Of a stretch of DNA of 64,000 nucleotides, positions 19,292 to 28,997 are shown piece after piece (the first letter of the stretch is position 1; each line of letters begins with the position of its first letter). This stretch comes from Beijerinckiaceae bacterium (lineage in GTDB: Bacteria; Pseudomonadota; Alphaproteobacteria; Rhizobiales; Beijerinckiaceae). Made by a program: the position numbers and the translations under genes. The stretch is taken from positions 2,018 through 66,017 of the forward strand of contig CANJNI010000022.1 of the NCBI GenBank assembly GCA_947475995.1. The letters run 5' to 3'. Below the pieces are notes generated by a model. That model saw nothing but the letters and a program-made list of their open reading frames with translations, was not told where the DNA came from and did not search any database.

Positions 19292-20239
19292 ATGAAGTTC
19301 AGGGCATTGGCCGTCGCGGCCATTTTCGGGGCGCTCGCGGCTCCGGCTTTCGCGCAGGAAACCATCAAGATGGCGGTCGGCCAGCGCGGCAACTGGGATA
19401 CGTCCCCGGCCGAGATCGGCCAGCAGGCGGGCATCTTCAAGAAGCACGGGATCAACCTCGAAATCGTTTATACGCAGGGGAGCGGCGAGACCCAGCAGGC
19501 GGTGATCGCCGGCAGCGCCAATATCGGGGTTGCTGTCGGCACGACCGGCCTGATGACCGCCTTCTCGAAAGGCGCGCCCGTTCGGCCCATCTCGAATTCC
19601 ACCACGGGCGCAGACGATCTGTTCTGGTATGTCCCGGCCAATTCGCCGATCAAGACGCCCAAGGACGGGGCGGGCAAGACGATCTCCTACTCGACCACAG
19701 GTTCCTCGACCCACATTGCGGTGCTGGCCTTCATCAAGCACTTCGGCGTGGACTTTAAGCCGACCGCCGTGGGCGGCCCGCCCGCATCCTTCGCCCAGAC
19801 CATGTCGGGTCAGGTCGATATCGGCTGGTCGTCCGCGCCGTTCGGGCTTGCTGACTTGAAGGCCGGACGCATCCGCATGTTGATGCGCGAAAGCGAAGTG
19901 CCGGCCTTCCAGAACCAGACGGTGCGGATGAACGTCAGCAACCTGCAGTTCATCACCGAGAAGGGCCCGCTGCTGGCGAAGTTCATCGCCGCCTACAAGG
20001 AAACCATCGACTTCATGTACAGCGACCCGAAGGCGCTGGAGATCTGGTCGAAATGGACGAATGTGCCGCTCGATATCGCGACCGGCATGCGCGACGAATT
20101 CTTCCCGAAGAAGAACCTCGAACTGACCCGCGTGTCGGGCCTCGATGAAGCCATGGCGGACGCCGTCTCCATGAAGTTCCTCACTGCGCCGCTCACCAAG
20201 GCGCAACTGGACGACATGCTGAAGTACTACGCGAAGTGA
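19292..20239 (+). CDS. ABC transporter substrate-binding protein (NMT1/SsuA-like)
   Basis: Signal peptide, GIFKKHG, YTQGSGET, GSST; no cognate permease adjacent. Confidence 0.8.
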   Translation: MKFRALAVAAIFGALAAPAFAQETIKMAVGQRGNWDTSPAEIGQQAGIFKKHGINLEIVYTQGSGETQQAVIAGSANIGVAVGTTGLMTAFSKGAPVRPISNSTTGADDLFWYVPANSPIKTPKDGAGKTISYSTTGSSTHIAVLAFIKHFGVDFKPTAVGGPPASFAQTMSGQVDIGWSSAPFGLADLKAGRIRMLMRESEVPAFQNQTVRMNVSNLQFITEKGPLLAKFIAAYKETIDFMYSDPKALEIWSKWTNVPLDIATGMRDEFFPKKNLELTRVSGLDEAMADAVSMKFLTAPLTKAQLDDMLKYYAK

Positions 20240-21471
20240 CGGACGCTTCGGGGGCATCCGCCCGGACCGGTCTCAAACGTTCGCTGACCCTGACCCATGC
20301 GGTGCTCTACGGCCTCGGCGTCACGATCGGGGCCGGCATCTATGTGCTGGTAGGCCTGGCGGCGGGGCGCAGCGGAATGGGCGCGCCGCTGGCCTTCGTG
20401 CTGGCGGCGTTCATGCTGAGTTTCAGCGCCGCTACATTCGCCGAACTCGGCACGCGCATGCCGGTGGCCGCCTCCGAAGCCGCCTATGTGAAGGCCGCCT
20501 TCGGCAGCCAGCCGTTCTCGCTTGCTGTTGGACTGCTGGTCGTCGTCACCGCGATGATCTCGGGCGCGACGATCAGCGTGGGTAGCGCCGGCTATCTGTC
20601 GGTGTTCCTCGGGCTTGAGCCGAAGCTGCTGATCGCCATCGTGGTGCTGGCGATGGGGGCCGTCGCCTCCTTGTCGACTGCCCGGTCCGTATCGCTCGCT
20701 GGCGCGATGACGCTGGTGGAAACCGGCGGCCTCGCCCTGATCATCGGCGCGGGAATCTTCGCCGGGGAAGGAGTCGTTTCCCGACTTCCCGAAGCATGGC
20801 CGGGCTTCGTGCTCGACGCCTGGGCCGACATAGGAGCGACCTCGCTCGTCGCCGTGTTCGCCTTCATCGGCTTCGAGCATCTGGTCAACATTTCCGAATA
20901 GATGAAGGACCCGCGCCGGACGCTGCCGCGCGCGCTCTTCGCCACGCTCATCATCACCGCGTTGCTCTATGCGCTCGTGGTCTGGATTGCGATCATCACG
21001 GTGCCGCCGCAGGAACTTTCCAAAAGCGCCGCGCCGCTCGCGCTGGTGTTCGAACGGCTGACCGGCCTGCCGCTCCTGATGATGAGCCTCATCGCCGCCG
21101 TCGCGACGCTCAATGGCGTCGTGGTTCATATGATCATGATCGGCCGCGTACTTTACGGCCTTTCGGAAGCGGGCGCTTTGCCTCGCGTCCTGTCGCGCGT
21201 CAGCGGAGAAAATCGCGTCCCGCTGATGGCGACATTGACCGGGATCGCGTTCATTCTGCTGCTCGCGCTGGCGGTGCCCCTTGCCGGACTGGCGAATTTC
21301 ACATCCGCCTTCACGCTCGCTGTCTTCTCCGTGGTGAATGTGGCTCTCATCAGAATCCACCGGGCGGACCCCAATCCGGGCGGCGATTACTTTCGCGCGC
21401 CGCGCTGGGTTCCCTATGCGGGCCTTGTGGCCAGCATCCTGCTGTTCCTTGTGAGCCTTGCGCCGCACTGA
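20236..21471 (+). pseudogene. APC family amino acid permease split by an in-frame TAG (20899-20901)
   Basis: TIGAGIY and FAFIGFE motifs; ...NISE-TAG-ATG-KDPRR... stays in the same frame. Confidence 0.8.
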
Positions 21472-21492
21472 GAAAGCGCACGCGCGATCCGT

Positions 21493-21506
21493 TTGACGCA
21501 CGTCAA
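21493..21506. promoter_or_regulatory. FNR/FixK-type box
   Basis: TTGA-CGCACG-TCAA upstream of the cytochrome c gene. Confidence 0.6.
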
Positions 21507-21622
21507 CGACAGGATGCGCGATCGGGTCTTGTATGCACCCAACGCGGTAATTCGCCGCGCGGGACCGGGGGATTTGCATCAAGGGTCGGTACGTTCAATC
21601 GCTTTTTCGCGCGTCGACGCTT

Positions 21623-21919
21623 GTGGCCGGGATGATGGCGGGCGCGGCGCTCGCGCAGGCCCAGCAGGTCGGCGCAGATATTGAAGCCGGCAAGGCGCTT
21701 GTGCGCCAGTCCTGCGCGCAGTGCCATGTGGTCGGACCGAACGAGCCGAATGTGACGGAGGGGCCGGAACTCGGGCCCAGCTTCATGTCGATGAAAGTCA
21801 TCGACAAGGTCGCGCTGGAGACACGCCTGCACAGCAAGCATCCGACGATGCCGCAATTTCCGAACATCGTGAAGCGCGTCGACGAGATCGCCGCCTATAT
21901 CAACACGATCAACAAGTGA
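21623..21919 (+). CDS. Small monoheme c-type cytochrome (start uncertain)
   Basis: Signal-like N-terminus, CAQCH, H/PTMP axial Met. Confidence 0.8.
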   Translation: MAGMMAGAALAQAQQVGADIEAGKALVRQSCAQCHVVGPNEPNVTEGPELGPSFMSMKVIDKVALETRLHSKHPTMPQFPNIVKRVDEIAAYINTINK

Positions 21920-21959
21920 TGGTTCAGGCGCGGTGCGCTTCTGCGCACCGCGCCCGTTT

Positions 21960-23891
21960 TCATATCGAGATCTGCGTGCCCAGTTCCACCGACCGATCAG
22001 TCGGGATGTGGTAGAATTCAACAGCACGTTCGGCAGTGGCGCTCAGCAGGATGAACAGACGGTCCTGCCAGCGCGGCATCATGGGCCGCTCCGCAATCTT
22101 CAGCAGTCTTCGCGACAGGAAGAACGATGTCGACATGATGTCGAATTTCCACGGCAGCTTGCGGCACGTCGCGAGCGCGCGCGCCACCTGCGGCGTGTCA
22201 TAGAAGCCGTATTCGATCCGCACCAGCATGAAGTTTTCGCCGATTTGCTCAGCATGAACACGCTGCTCCGGCGGGACTCGCGGAACGTTCAGGGTGTTCA
22301 CGCTCACGATCACGTTTCGCTGGTGCAACGCCTTATAGTGCTTGAGCGAATGAAGCAGGGCAGTGGGCGCATATTGCGGGTCGCCGGTCAGATAAACGGC
22401 CGTTCCCTCGATGCGCGGGCGCTCCTTGCGGGCTAGACTTTCAACCAGCACGGAAAGCGGCACTTCCGTGCGCCGCGTCCTCTCGAAGAGAAGCGCGGAG
22501 CCGCGCCGCCATGTCATCATGATGATCATCACTGCGAGGCCGATGGTCAGTGGAATATAGCCGCCCTCGTGAATCTTCATCGAATTCGAGGCGAGAAATA
22601 TCGCGTCGATTGCAAGGAACGGCGCAATGACCAGTGCGGCCGTTACGGAGCTCCACTTCCACAAGCGCCGCATCACCACGAATGCCATAAGCGCCGTCAC
22701 TACCATCGTGCCGCTGACCGCGATGCCATAGGCGGCTGCCAGCGCGCTTGATGAGCGGAACATGATGACGAGGGCCAGCACGCCGGCCATGATGATCCAG
22801 TTGATGCGCGGCATATAGATTTGACCGGACTGGGCTTCCGACGTGTGCCGGATCTCCATCCGGGGCAGAAGCCCGAGTTGGATCGCCTGTTGTGTGAGCG
22901 AATAGGCGCCGGTAATCACCGCCTGACTTGCGATGATCGTGGCGGCGGCGGCCAGCAGGATCATCGGGATGAGCGCCCATTCCGGAGCCATGAGGTAGAA
23001 TGGATTTTCAAGCGCGTCCGGTCGTCCGATCAGCAGCGCGCCCTGACCCAGATAGTTGAGAACCAACGCCGGGAACACGAGCGCAAGCCACGCGGTCTGG
23101 ATCGGCCTTCTGCCGAAATGGCCTAGGTCCGCATAAAGCGCCTCCGCGCCTGTCACTGTCAGAAAGACAGCACCCAGCACCGCGAAGCCGATCAGCCCGT
23201 GATGCAGGAGGAAGCTCAACCCAAGCAGCGGATTGACGGCGGCAAGCACTTGTGGAGCCTGCTGTATGTTCACCACGCCGAGCCACGCGAGAACGATGAA
23301 CCACACCAGCGTGATGGGTCCAAACAGCGCGCCCACCGTCGCGGTGCCGCGCGACTGTGCAGCGAACAGCAGGACGATGATGACGAGTGTGATCGGCACA
23401 ACATAAGGATCGAGCACGGGCGTTGCGAGCTTCACGCCTTCGATGGCGGACAGAACCGAGATGGCGGGCGTCAGCATCGCATCGCCATAGAACAGCGCCG
23501 CGCCGATCATGCCGAGCACCGCGATGCGTGTTGTTTGTTGCCCGATGGCTTTCTGCGCCAGCGCCATCAGGGTCAGCGTGCCGCCTTCGCCATTATTGTC
23601 GGCTCTTAGAAGCAGGACCACGTATTTCAGCGTCACGACAATGATGAGCGCCCAGATCATCAGCGACAGGACGCCGATGACGATTTCCGGCGTTGCTTCC
23701 CGGCCGGCGGAAGCAGCCGTGACGGATTCCTTCAGGGCATAGAGCGGGCTCGTGCCGATGTCGCCGTAAACGACGCCGACAGAGCCTAACGTCAATGTCC
23801 AGAAATTTGCTTTGGGATGGTGGTCGCCGGTTAAGGGAATTTGGTCGTCCGTCCCCGGCGTCGGGGCGGTCGCCTGCATATCCACGGCCAT
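21960..23891 (-). CDS. kup: Potassium transporter Kup
   Basis: [38 protein letters not shown]. Confidence 0.95.
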   Translation of the reverse strand: MAVDMQATAPTPGTDDQIPLTGDHHPKANFWTLTLGSVGVVYGDIGTSPLYALKESVTAASAGREATPEIVIGVLSLMIWALIIVVTLKYVVLLLRADNNGEGGTLTLMALAQKAIGQQTTRIAVLGMIGAALFYGDAMLTPAISVLSAIEGVKLATPVLDPYVVPITLVIIVLLFAAQSRGTATVGALFGPITLVWFIVLAWLGVVNIQQAPQVLAAVNPLLGLSFLLHHGLIGFAVLGAVFLTVTGAEALYADLGHFGRRPIQTAWLALVFPALVLNYLGQGALLIGRPDALENPFYLMAPEWALIPMILLAAAATIIASQAVITGAYSLTQQAIQLGLLPRMEIRHTSEAQSGQIYMPRINWIIMAGVLALVIMFRSSSALAAAYGIAVSGTMVVTALMAFVVMRRLWKWSSVTAALVIAPFLAIDAIFLASNSMKIHEGGYIPLTIGLAVMIIMMTWRRGSALLFERTRRTEVPLSVLVESLARKERPRIEGTAVYLTGDPQYAPTALLHSLKHYKALHQRNVIVSVNTLNVPRVPPEQRVHAEQIGENFMLVRIEYGFYDTPQVARALATCRKLPWKFDIMSTSFFLSRRLLKIAERPMMPRWQDRLFILLSATAERAVEFYHIPTDRSVELGTQISI

Positions 23892-24042
23892 GAAGGCCTC
23901 CGTTGTGCACCGCAATAGCTGCGGCGGGCGAGGCTTCTACTCCCTTTCCCAAGGCCAAGCTATGCCGATGCCGCATGGCCGGATCGTTGAAGGCGCAGTG
24001 GATTTGTGGAACCGCGAGCGCTCCGGCGCGTTCGCGCGCGAT

Positions 24043-24999
24043 TTACACCACCTCGTCCGGCGCGAAGGCGCAGGCGATATGCTGATCCACCTCGATCTGG
24101 ATCGTCGGGTGGTGAATGCCGAATTTTTCCGCCAGATCGACCGCCAGTTGATGCAGGAAAGCATCTCCCGGATGGCCATCCTTCATCACCAGATGGCAGG
24201 TGAGGGCGGCCTCCGTGGTGCTCATCGGCCAGATGTGGACGTCATGCAGTCCGGTGACGCCCGGCTGCCTCGCCAGATGTTCGCGCACCGCCGCCGGATC
24301 AATGTGCGCGGGCACGGCGGCGAGCGACATGGCGAGCGAGTCCTTCAATAGTCCCCATGTGCCCCAGATGATGATGGCGTTGATCGCAAGGCTCACCAGC
24401 GGGTCAAGCGACATCCATCCGGTGAACATCACCACGAAGCCGGCGATCACCACGCCCACCGACACCAACGCATCGGCCGCCATGTGAAGGAACGCGCCCC
24501 GCAGGTTGATGTCGGTCTTGCTACCCGCCACGAACAGCCAGGCGGTGATTCCGTTCACCAGAATGCCGATCGCCGCGACGACGATCATGGTCTTTTCGGC
24601 GACGGGCTGGGGAGAGCTCAGGCGCCCGATGGCTTCCCACGAGAGCGCCCCCACCGTCACCAGCAGAAACACTGCATTGAACAGGGCCGCCAGGATCGAC
24701 GAGCCGCGCATTCCGTAAGTATAGCGCTCCGAGGGTGGCCGCTTGGACAGTTCCATCGCAACCCATGCGACGATGAGGCTCAGCACATCGCTCAGGTTGT
24801 GTCCTGCATCGGCCAGCAACGCCATGGAATTGCCGAGGACGCCGTAAACGGCCTCGATCACCACAAAGGCGCTGTTCAGAAAGATGCCGATCGCGAAGGC
24901 CTTGCCGAAATTCGCCGGCGCATGATGGTGGCCGTGTGGGTGATCGTGATGGTCGTGATCATGATCGTGGTGGTCGTGGTCGTGCGGATGCGCGTTCAA
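24043..24999 (-). CDS. Cation diffusion facilitator (CzcD/ZitB-like) with a His-rich N-terminus
   Basis: LLADAGHNLSD, AFLHMAADAL, HDVHIWPMS. Confidence 0.92.
   Translation of the reverse strand: MNAHPHDHDHHDHDHDHHDHPHGHHHAPANFGKAFAIGIFLNSAFVVIEAVYGVLGNSMALLADAGHNLSDVLSLIVAWVAMELSKRPPSERYTYGMRGSSILAALFNAVFLLVTVGALSWEAIGRLSSPQPVAEKTMIVVAAIGILVNGITAWLFVAGSKTDINLRGAFLHMAADALVSVGVVIAGFVVMFTGWMSLDPLVSLAINAIIIWGTWGLLKDSLAMSLAAVPAHIDPAAVREHLARQPGVTGLHDVHIWPMSTTEAALTCHLVMKDGHPGDAFLHQLAVDLAEKFGIHHPTIQIEVDQHIACAFAPDEVV
24922..24990 (-). repeat. His/Asp-rich coding tract (14 His)
   Basis: HPHDHDHHDHDHDHHDHPHGHHH. Confidence 0.85.
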
Positions 25000-25024
25000 G
25001 GATGTCTCGCGGTCGGGGGCGACG

Positions 25025-25651
25025 TCAAAAGAGCTTCATGAAGGCTTGCGCGGCGGCTTGGGGATCGTCCGCCGACACAATGCCGGAAACGACCGCGAGT
25101 CCGTTCGCGCCCGCCGCCAGCACGCCCGCCGAATTGTCGGGTTTCAGCCCGCCGATGGCCATGACGGGCTTTTGGGTCAGGGCGCGCAGCTTGCCGAATC
25201 CCGCAACGCCGAGCGGGGTCGAGGCGTTGCCCTTGGTGGTCTGCGCGTAAAGCGGGCCGATGCCCAGATAGTCCACCGCGAGAGCGTCCGGCTGCCGGAT
25301 CTGCATTTCATTGGTGATCGACAGTCCGATGATCTTTCCCGGACCTACGAGTTGCCGCACCATCTCGACCGGCATGTCTGTCTGCCCGACATGCACGCCT
25401 TCAGCATCCACCGCCAGTGCGACGTCGACACGGTCGTTGATGATGAGCGGAATGTTTTTCGGCCCCAGCAGGTCTTTCAACGCGCGCGCGTGTTCGAGAA
25501 ACGCCCGCGTCTCGGCCTCCTTTTCGCGCAACTGCACCATTGTGACGCCGCCCGCGATGGCCGCGCCGACCACGTCGGCGAGCGCCCGCCCGCCAGACAG
25601 ACCGCGATCGGTGACGAGGCAAAGCCGCCAGATGGAAGGATCGTGGGACAT
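25025..25651 (-). CDS. thiE: Thiamine-phosphate synthase
   Basis: VQLREK, LIINDRVDVA, GVHVGQTD, AIGG, AVVSGI; TGATG coupling with thiM. Confidence 0.95.
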   Translation of the reverse strand: MSHDPSIWRLCLVTDRGLSGGRALADVVGAAIAGGVTMVQLREKEAETRAFLEHARALKDLLGPKNIPLIINDRVDVALAVDAEGVHVGQTDMPVEMVRQLVGPGKIIGLSITNEMQIRQPDALAVDYLGIGPLYAQTTKGNASTPLGVAGFGKLRALTQKPVMAIGGLKPDNSAGVLAAGANGLAVVSGIVSADDPQAAAQAFMKLF

Positions 25652-26478
25652 CAAAGGACCTTGAGACGTTGCTGAATGTCGGCTTCCCCTACAGCGTAGA
25701 GTGTATCCAGAAAAGCCACACGGTAAGAACCGGGCCCGGACGCTTTTTCCGCCGCGATCTCCCCCGCCACCCCATAGGCGCCGACGGCCGCCACGGCTGC
25801 TTCGAAAGGATCGTCCGCGACGCCCAGAAAGGCGCCGACGACAGCAGACAAAGAACATCCGAGCGCTGTGACGCGCGCCATGAGGGGCGATCCGTTGGAA
25901 AGCCGAACCGAACGCTGTCCATCGGTCACGAAATCGATCGCCCCGGTTGCGGCGACTGTGCACAGACAATGCCGCGCCAGCAGGATCGCCAGCTCCTCCG
26001 CCTCGCTGGTCGTGTTCGAACTGTCGACGCCTTTCGGGCGAGCTGCATCTGTTGTCAGGCCTGCGACGCGCGCGACCGCCATGATTTCCGAGGCGTTGCC
26101 GCGGATGACCGCCGGGCGGTGCCGCAAGAGCTTCTGAACGGTCTGGTCACGGAACCTGGTTGCGCCCGCGCCGACCGGATCAAGCACCCAGGGGGTTCCC
26201 TGCGCATGGGCTGCGGTCGTCGCCACTTCCATCGACTCGACCCATTGCTTCGACAATGTGCCGATGTTGATCACCAGAGCCCGCGAGAAACCGACGAATT
26301 CGGGGGTTTCCTCGGGCGCGTGGACCATCGCGGGAGAAGCCCCGATGGCCAGCAGAACATTGGCCGCCACATCCATCGAGACGAAATTCGTGATGTTCTG
26401 GACCAGCGGACTGGAGGACCGCACCTCGCCGAGGAGGCGTGCGGTCACGGCGGTGAGGCGGGATTGGTCTGGCGACAC
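25651..26478 (-). CDS. thiM: Hydroxyethylthiazole kinase
   Basis: ITNFV, ASPAM, VLDPVG, IRGNASEI, TALGCSL. Confidence 0.95.
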   Translation of the reverse strand: MSPDQSRLTAVTARLLGEVRSSSPLVQNITNFVSMDVAANVLLAIGASPAMVHAPEETPEFVGFSRALVINIGTLSKQWVESMEVATTAAHAQGTPWVLDPVGAGATRFRDQTVQKLLRHRPAVIRGNASEIMAVARVAGLTTDAARPKGVDSSNTTSEAEELAILLARHCLCTVAATGAIDFVTDGQRSVRLSNGSPLMARVTALGCSLSAVVGAFLGVADDPFEAAVAAVGAYGVAGEIAAEKASGPGSYRVAFLDTLYAVGEADIQQRLKVL

Positions 26479-26536
26479 GGGAAGCTCCTTTGGCGGGAGC
26501 TTTTAGCCTGCTTTGAAACCGAACAAAATCACACGC

Positions 26537-26737
26537 TCACTGCGCGTCCACCTTGGCCTTCTCGGCCTGCGCAGCCTGGATGATCGCGTTCAACTGCTTC
26601 TTGAGCTGTGGTCCCTCGATCTGGGTGGACGAATAGCCTTCCCAGCTGAGGCGCTGGACAAGCGAGGACAGGGTGACGAACTGGCCGGAACGGGCCAACT
26701 CGAACGCCCGTTCGAGGGGAGATTTATTGGCTTCCAT
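26537..26737 (-). CDS. Small hypothetical protein (66 aa)
   Basis: Fills the intergenic gap, helical composition (LERAFELARSG...EGY...GPQLKKQL), resembles small alphaproteobacterial proteins. Confidence 0.6.
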   Translation of the reverse strand: MEANKSPLERAFELARSGQFVTLSSLVQRLSWEGYSSTQIEGPQLKKQLNAIIQAAQAEKAKVDAQ

Positions 26738-26821
26738 CGAAAAACCTTGCGTCGGACAGGACCTCTTATGTCGGTCTCCGGCGCGCGATTTTCAGGGGAC
26801 GGAATCCACCCGCTACCCGTT

Positions 26822-27250
26822 TCAAGGGTTGACCTGATGGGAATTGCAGCTGTCGGCTGTCTCTTCCTCGGCGGGCATCATCTGGTAGCGCCAGCAATGG
26901 GCCATCTGGGCGGCAGCCCCGACGGCGCGTTCCTTGACCGGCGATGGCAGGGTTTCGACAGCCGCCTGCTGGAACAGGTCGCGCCAGCGGTCGAAATGCT
27001 CGTCCTTCAGCTTCAGCGGATGATGCGGGATGAAGGGATTGCGCTTGTAGCGGCTGGTGCCGAGCAGGATGCGCGACCAGAACGCATCCATATGCGTGAA
27101 ATGGTCGTCCCAGTCTGTGATCGATTCCTTGAAGATGGGACCCAGCAGCGGGTCCGCATTGCCCTTCTGGTAGAAGTTGCGGATGCAAGCGCTGATCAGC
27201 GGCTCCATGGCCTCGACGTCGACGGGTGTTTCTGCGGCCGATCCGGCCAT
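26822..27250 (-). CDS. Group III truncated haemoglobin
   Basis: NFY (B9-B10), LLGPIF, FWS..LLG, proximal His in PFIPHH, HFDRW..LF; GGAGAG RBS. Confidence 0.85.
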   Translation of the reverse strand: MAGSAAETPVDVEAMEPLISACIRNFYQKGNADPLLGPIFKESITDWDDHFTHMDAFWSRILLGTSRYKRNPFIPHHPLKLKDEHFDRWRDLFQQAAVETLPSPVKERAVGAAAQMAHCWRYQMMPAEEETADSCNSHQVNP

Positions 27251-27326
27251 GATGCTCTCCGATTTACCTGCCGATTGACCTGCTGGCAGTCCGATCGCCA
27301 GTTTTCGCCTGCAGGCAAATCCGGCC

Positions 27327-27340
27327 TTGATCTGGCGCAA
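27327..27340. promoter_or_regulatory. FixK2-type box in the divergent trHb/usp intergenic region
   Basis: TTGA-TCTGGC-GCAA matches TTG(A/C)-N6-(T/G)CAA. Confidence 0.55.
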
Positions 27341-27461
27341 TGACCTCGCAAACCCGGGAAAAACCAGCTGAATTCCCGCGCTGGAAGCTGCGCCTTTTGA
27401 CGCCGCGCAATTCGCCGGCCGGCGCTTTCGCGCATTATCCCTTTGTAACCGAGTTCGGGAG

Positions 27462-27914
27462 ATGCCGATGTTCAAGTCGATCCTCATTGCGACAGACGGG
27501 TCAGAACTCTCCGACAAGGCAGTCCGCGACACGCTGGCGCTCGCCAGAACCGTGGGGGCCAAAACGACTGCCGTCACGGTCATGACGCCCTATAGCGTCA
27601 TGGAAGGCTATCGCCAGCATGTGAGCGACATCACCGCCGCGATGGAACTGCACAAGGTCCAGGCGATGGGGCACGCCGGGCAGGTGCTGCACAAGGTTGA
27701 ACAGGCCGCGCAGGCGGCGGGCGTCGTCTGCGATCTCGTTCGGGTGGAACACGAGCGTCCCTGGGAGGCGATCATCGAGGCGGCCCGCGCACGCGGCTGC
27801 GACCTCATCGCCATGGCCTCCCATGGACGCAGTGGCATGCAGGCGCTTCTGGTCGGTTCCGAAACCCAGAAAGTTCTGACGCATTCGAAAACTCCGGTGC
27901 TGGTTTACCGCTGA
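27462..27914 (+). CDS. Universal stress protein (UspA family)
   Basis: ILIATDGSE, DLIAMASHGRSG, GSETQKVLTHS..PVLV. Confidence 0.95.
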   Translation: MPMFKSILIATDGSELSDKAVRDTLALARTVGAKTTAVTVMTPYSVMEGYRQHVSDITAAMELHKVQAMGHAGQVLHKVEQAAQAAGVVCDLVRVEHERPWEAIIEAARARGCDLIAMASHGRSGMQALLVGSETQKVLTHSKTPVLVYR

Positions 27915-27983
27915 ACCATCCGCCGAAGCTTGACTCCCGACGCCTCGGGTGCGAGTCGCACCCCAGTTCACAGGGATAAGTTT

Positions 27984-28943
27984 ATGAGCTTGGCGCTGGT
28001 ATTCCCCGGACAGGGGTCGCAGGCGGTCGGAATGGGCAAGGCTCTGGCGGAAAATTTCGCCGCCGCCCGCGCGGTTTTTGCCGAAGTCGATTCGGCGCTC
28101 GGCCAGAACCTGTCCGGATTGATGTTCGAAGGTCCCGAATCGGACCTCACCTTGACGGCCAATGCCCAGCCGGCCCTGATGGCGGTCAGCATTGCGGTCC
28201 TGCGCGTGCTCGAAGCCGAAGCAGGATTCGATCTTGCCCGGGAAGCGAAGTTCGTCGCCGGGCACTCGCTGGGAGAATATTCCGCCCTTGCGGCCGCCGG
28301 AGCCTTCTCGCTCTCCGACACGGCGCGGCTCCTGCGCATTCGCGGCGACGCCATGCAGAAGGCGGTTCCGGTGGGGCAGGGGGCGATGGCTGCCCTGCTT
28401 GGTATGGAATACGAGGCGGGCGTCGAGGTGACGGCCGAGGCGCAGGCTGCCGTACCGGGTTCTGTCTGCCAGATCGCCAACGACAACGGCGGCGGTCAGG
28501 TGGTGGCTTCGGGCTCCCGGGCGGCTGTCGAAAAGGCGATGGAGATCGCCAAGGCGAAGGGCGTCAAGCGCGCCATCTTGCTCCCTGTTTCGGCGCCCTT
28601 CCATTGCGCGCTGATGCAGCCCGCCGCCGATGTCATGGCGGAGGCCCTCGCGGGCGTCGTCGTTCATGCCCCGAAAGTCCCGGTCGTCGCCAACGTTCTG
28701 GCGACAGCCATCACCGATCCGGTGGATATCCGGCGCCGCCTCGTCGAACAGGTGACCGGCACGGTGCGCTGGCGTGAATGCATGACCTATATGGGCCAGC
28801 AGGGCGTTGATTCATTTTATGAGCTTGGGGCTGGCAAGGTCTTGTCGGGACTTGTGAAACGGATTGTGGCGACCGCATCCGGCGCGTCCATCGGGACGCC
28901 TGCCGACGTGGAAAGCTTCAAGTCACGCCCGAAGGCCGGTTGA
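27984..28943 (+). CDS. fabD: Malonyl-CoA:ACP transacylase
   Basis: FPGQGSQ, GHSLGEY, VSAPFH. Confidence 0.97.
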   Translation: MSLALVFPGQGSQAVGMGKALAENFAAARAVFAEVDSALGQNLSGLMFEGPESDLTLTANAQPALMAVSIAVLRVLEAEAGFDLAREAKFVAGHSLGEYSALAAAGAFSLSDTARLLRIRGDAMQKAVPVGQGAMAALLGMEYEAGVEVTAEAQAAVPGSVCQIANDNGGGQVVASGSRAAVEKAMEIAKAKGVKRAILLPVSAPFHCALMQPAADVMAEALAGVVVHAPKVPVVANVLATAITDPVDIRRRLVEQVTGTVRWRECMTYMGQQGVDSFYELGAGKVLSGLVKRIVATASGASIGTPADVESFKSRPKAG

Positions 28944-28997
28944 ATCAATTTCTGAACCGGCTCACGTGGAATCAAAGTCTCAGGTGCGGGCGAAAAG

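Noticed and set aside
20899-20901. Pyrrolysine recoding of the TAG
   Set aside because: The position corresponds to a probable Glu in a loop, and there are no pyl or methylamine methyltransferase genes
23937-24179. Separate small gene between CDF and kup
   Set aside because: Mostly an out-of-frame overlap of the CDF 3' end with no motif
26480-26830. TPP riboswitch for thiM-thiE
   Set aside because: No CUGAGA or aptamer core seen; a small ORF occupies most of the upstream space
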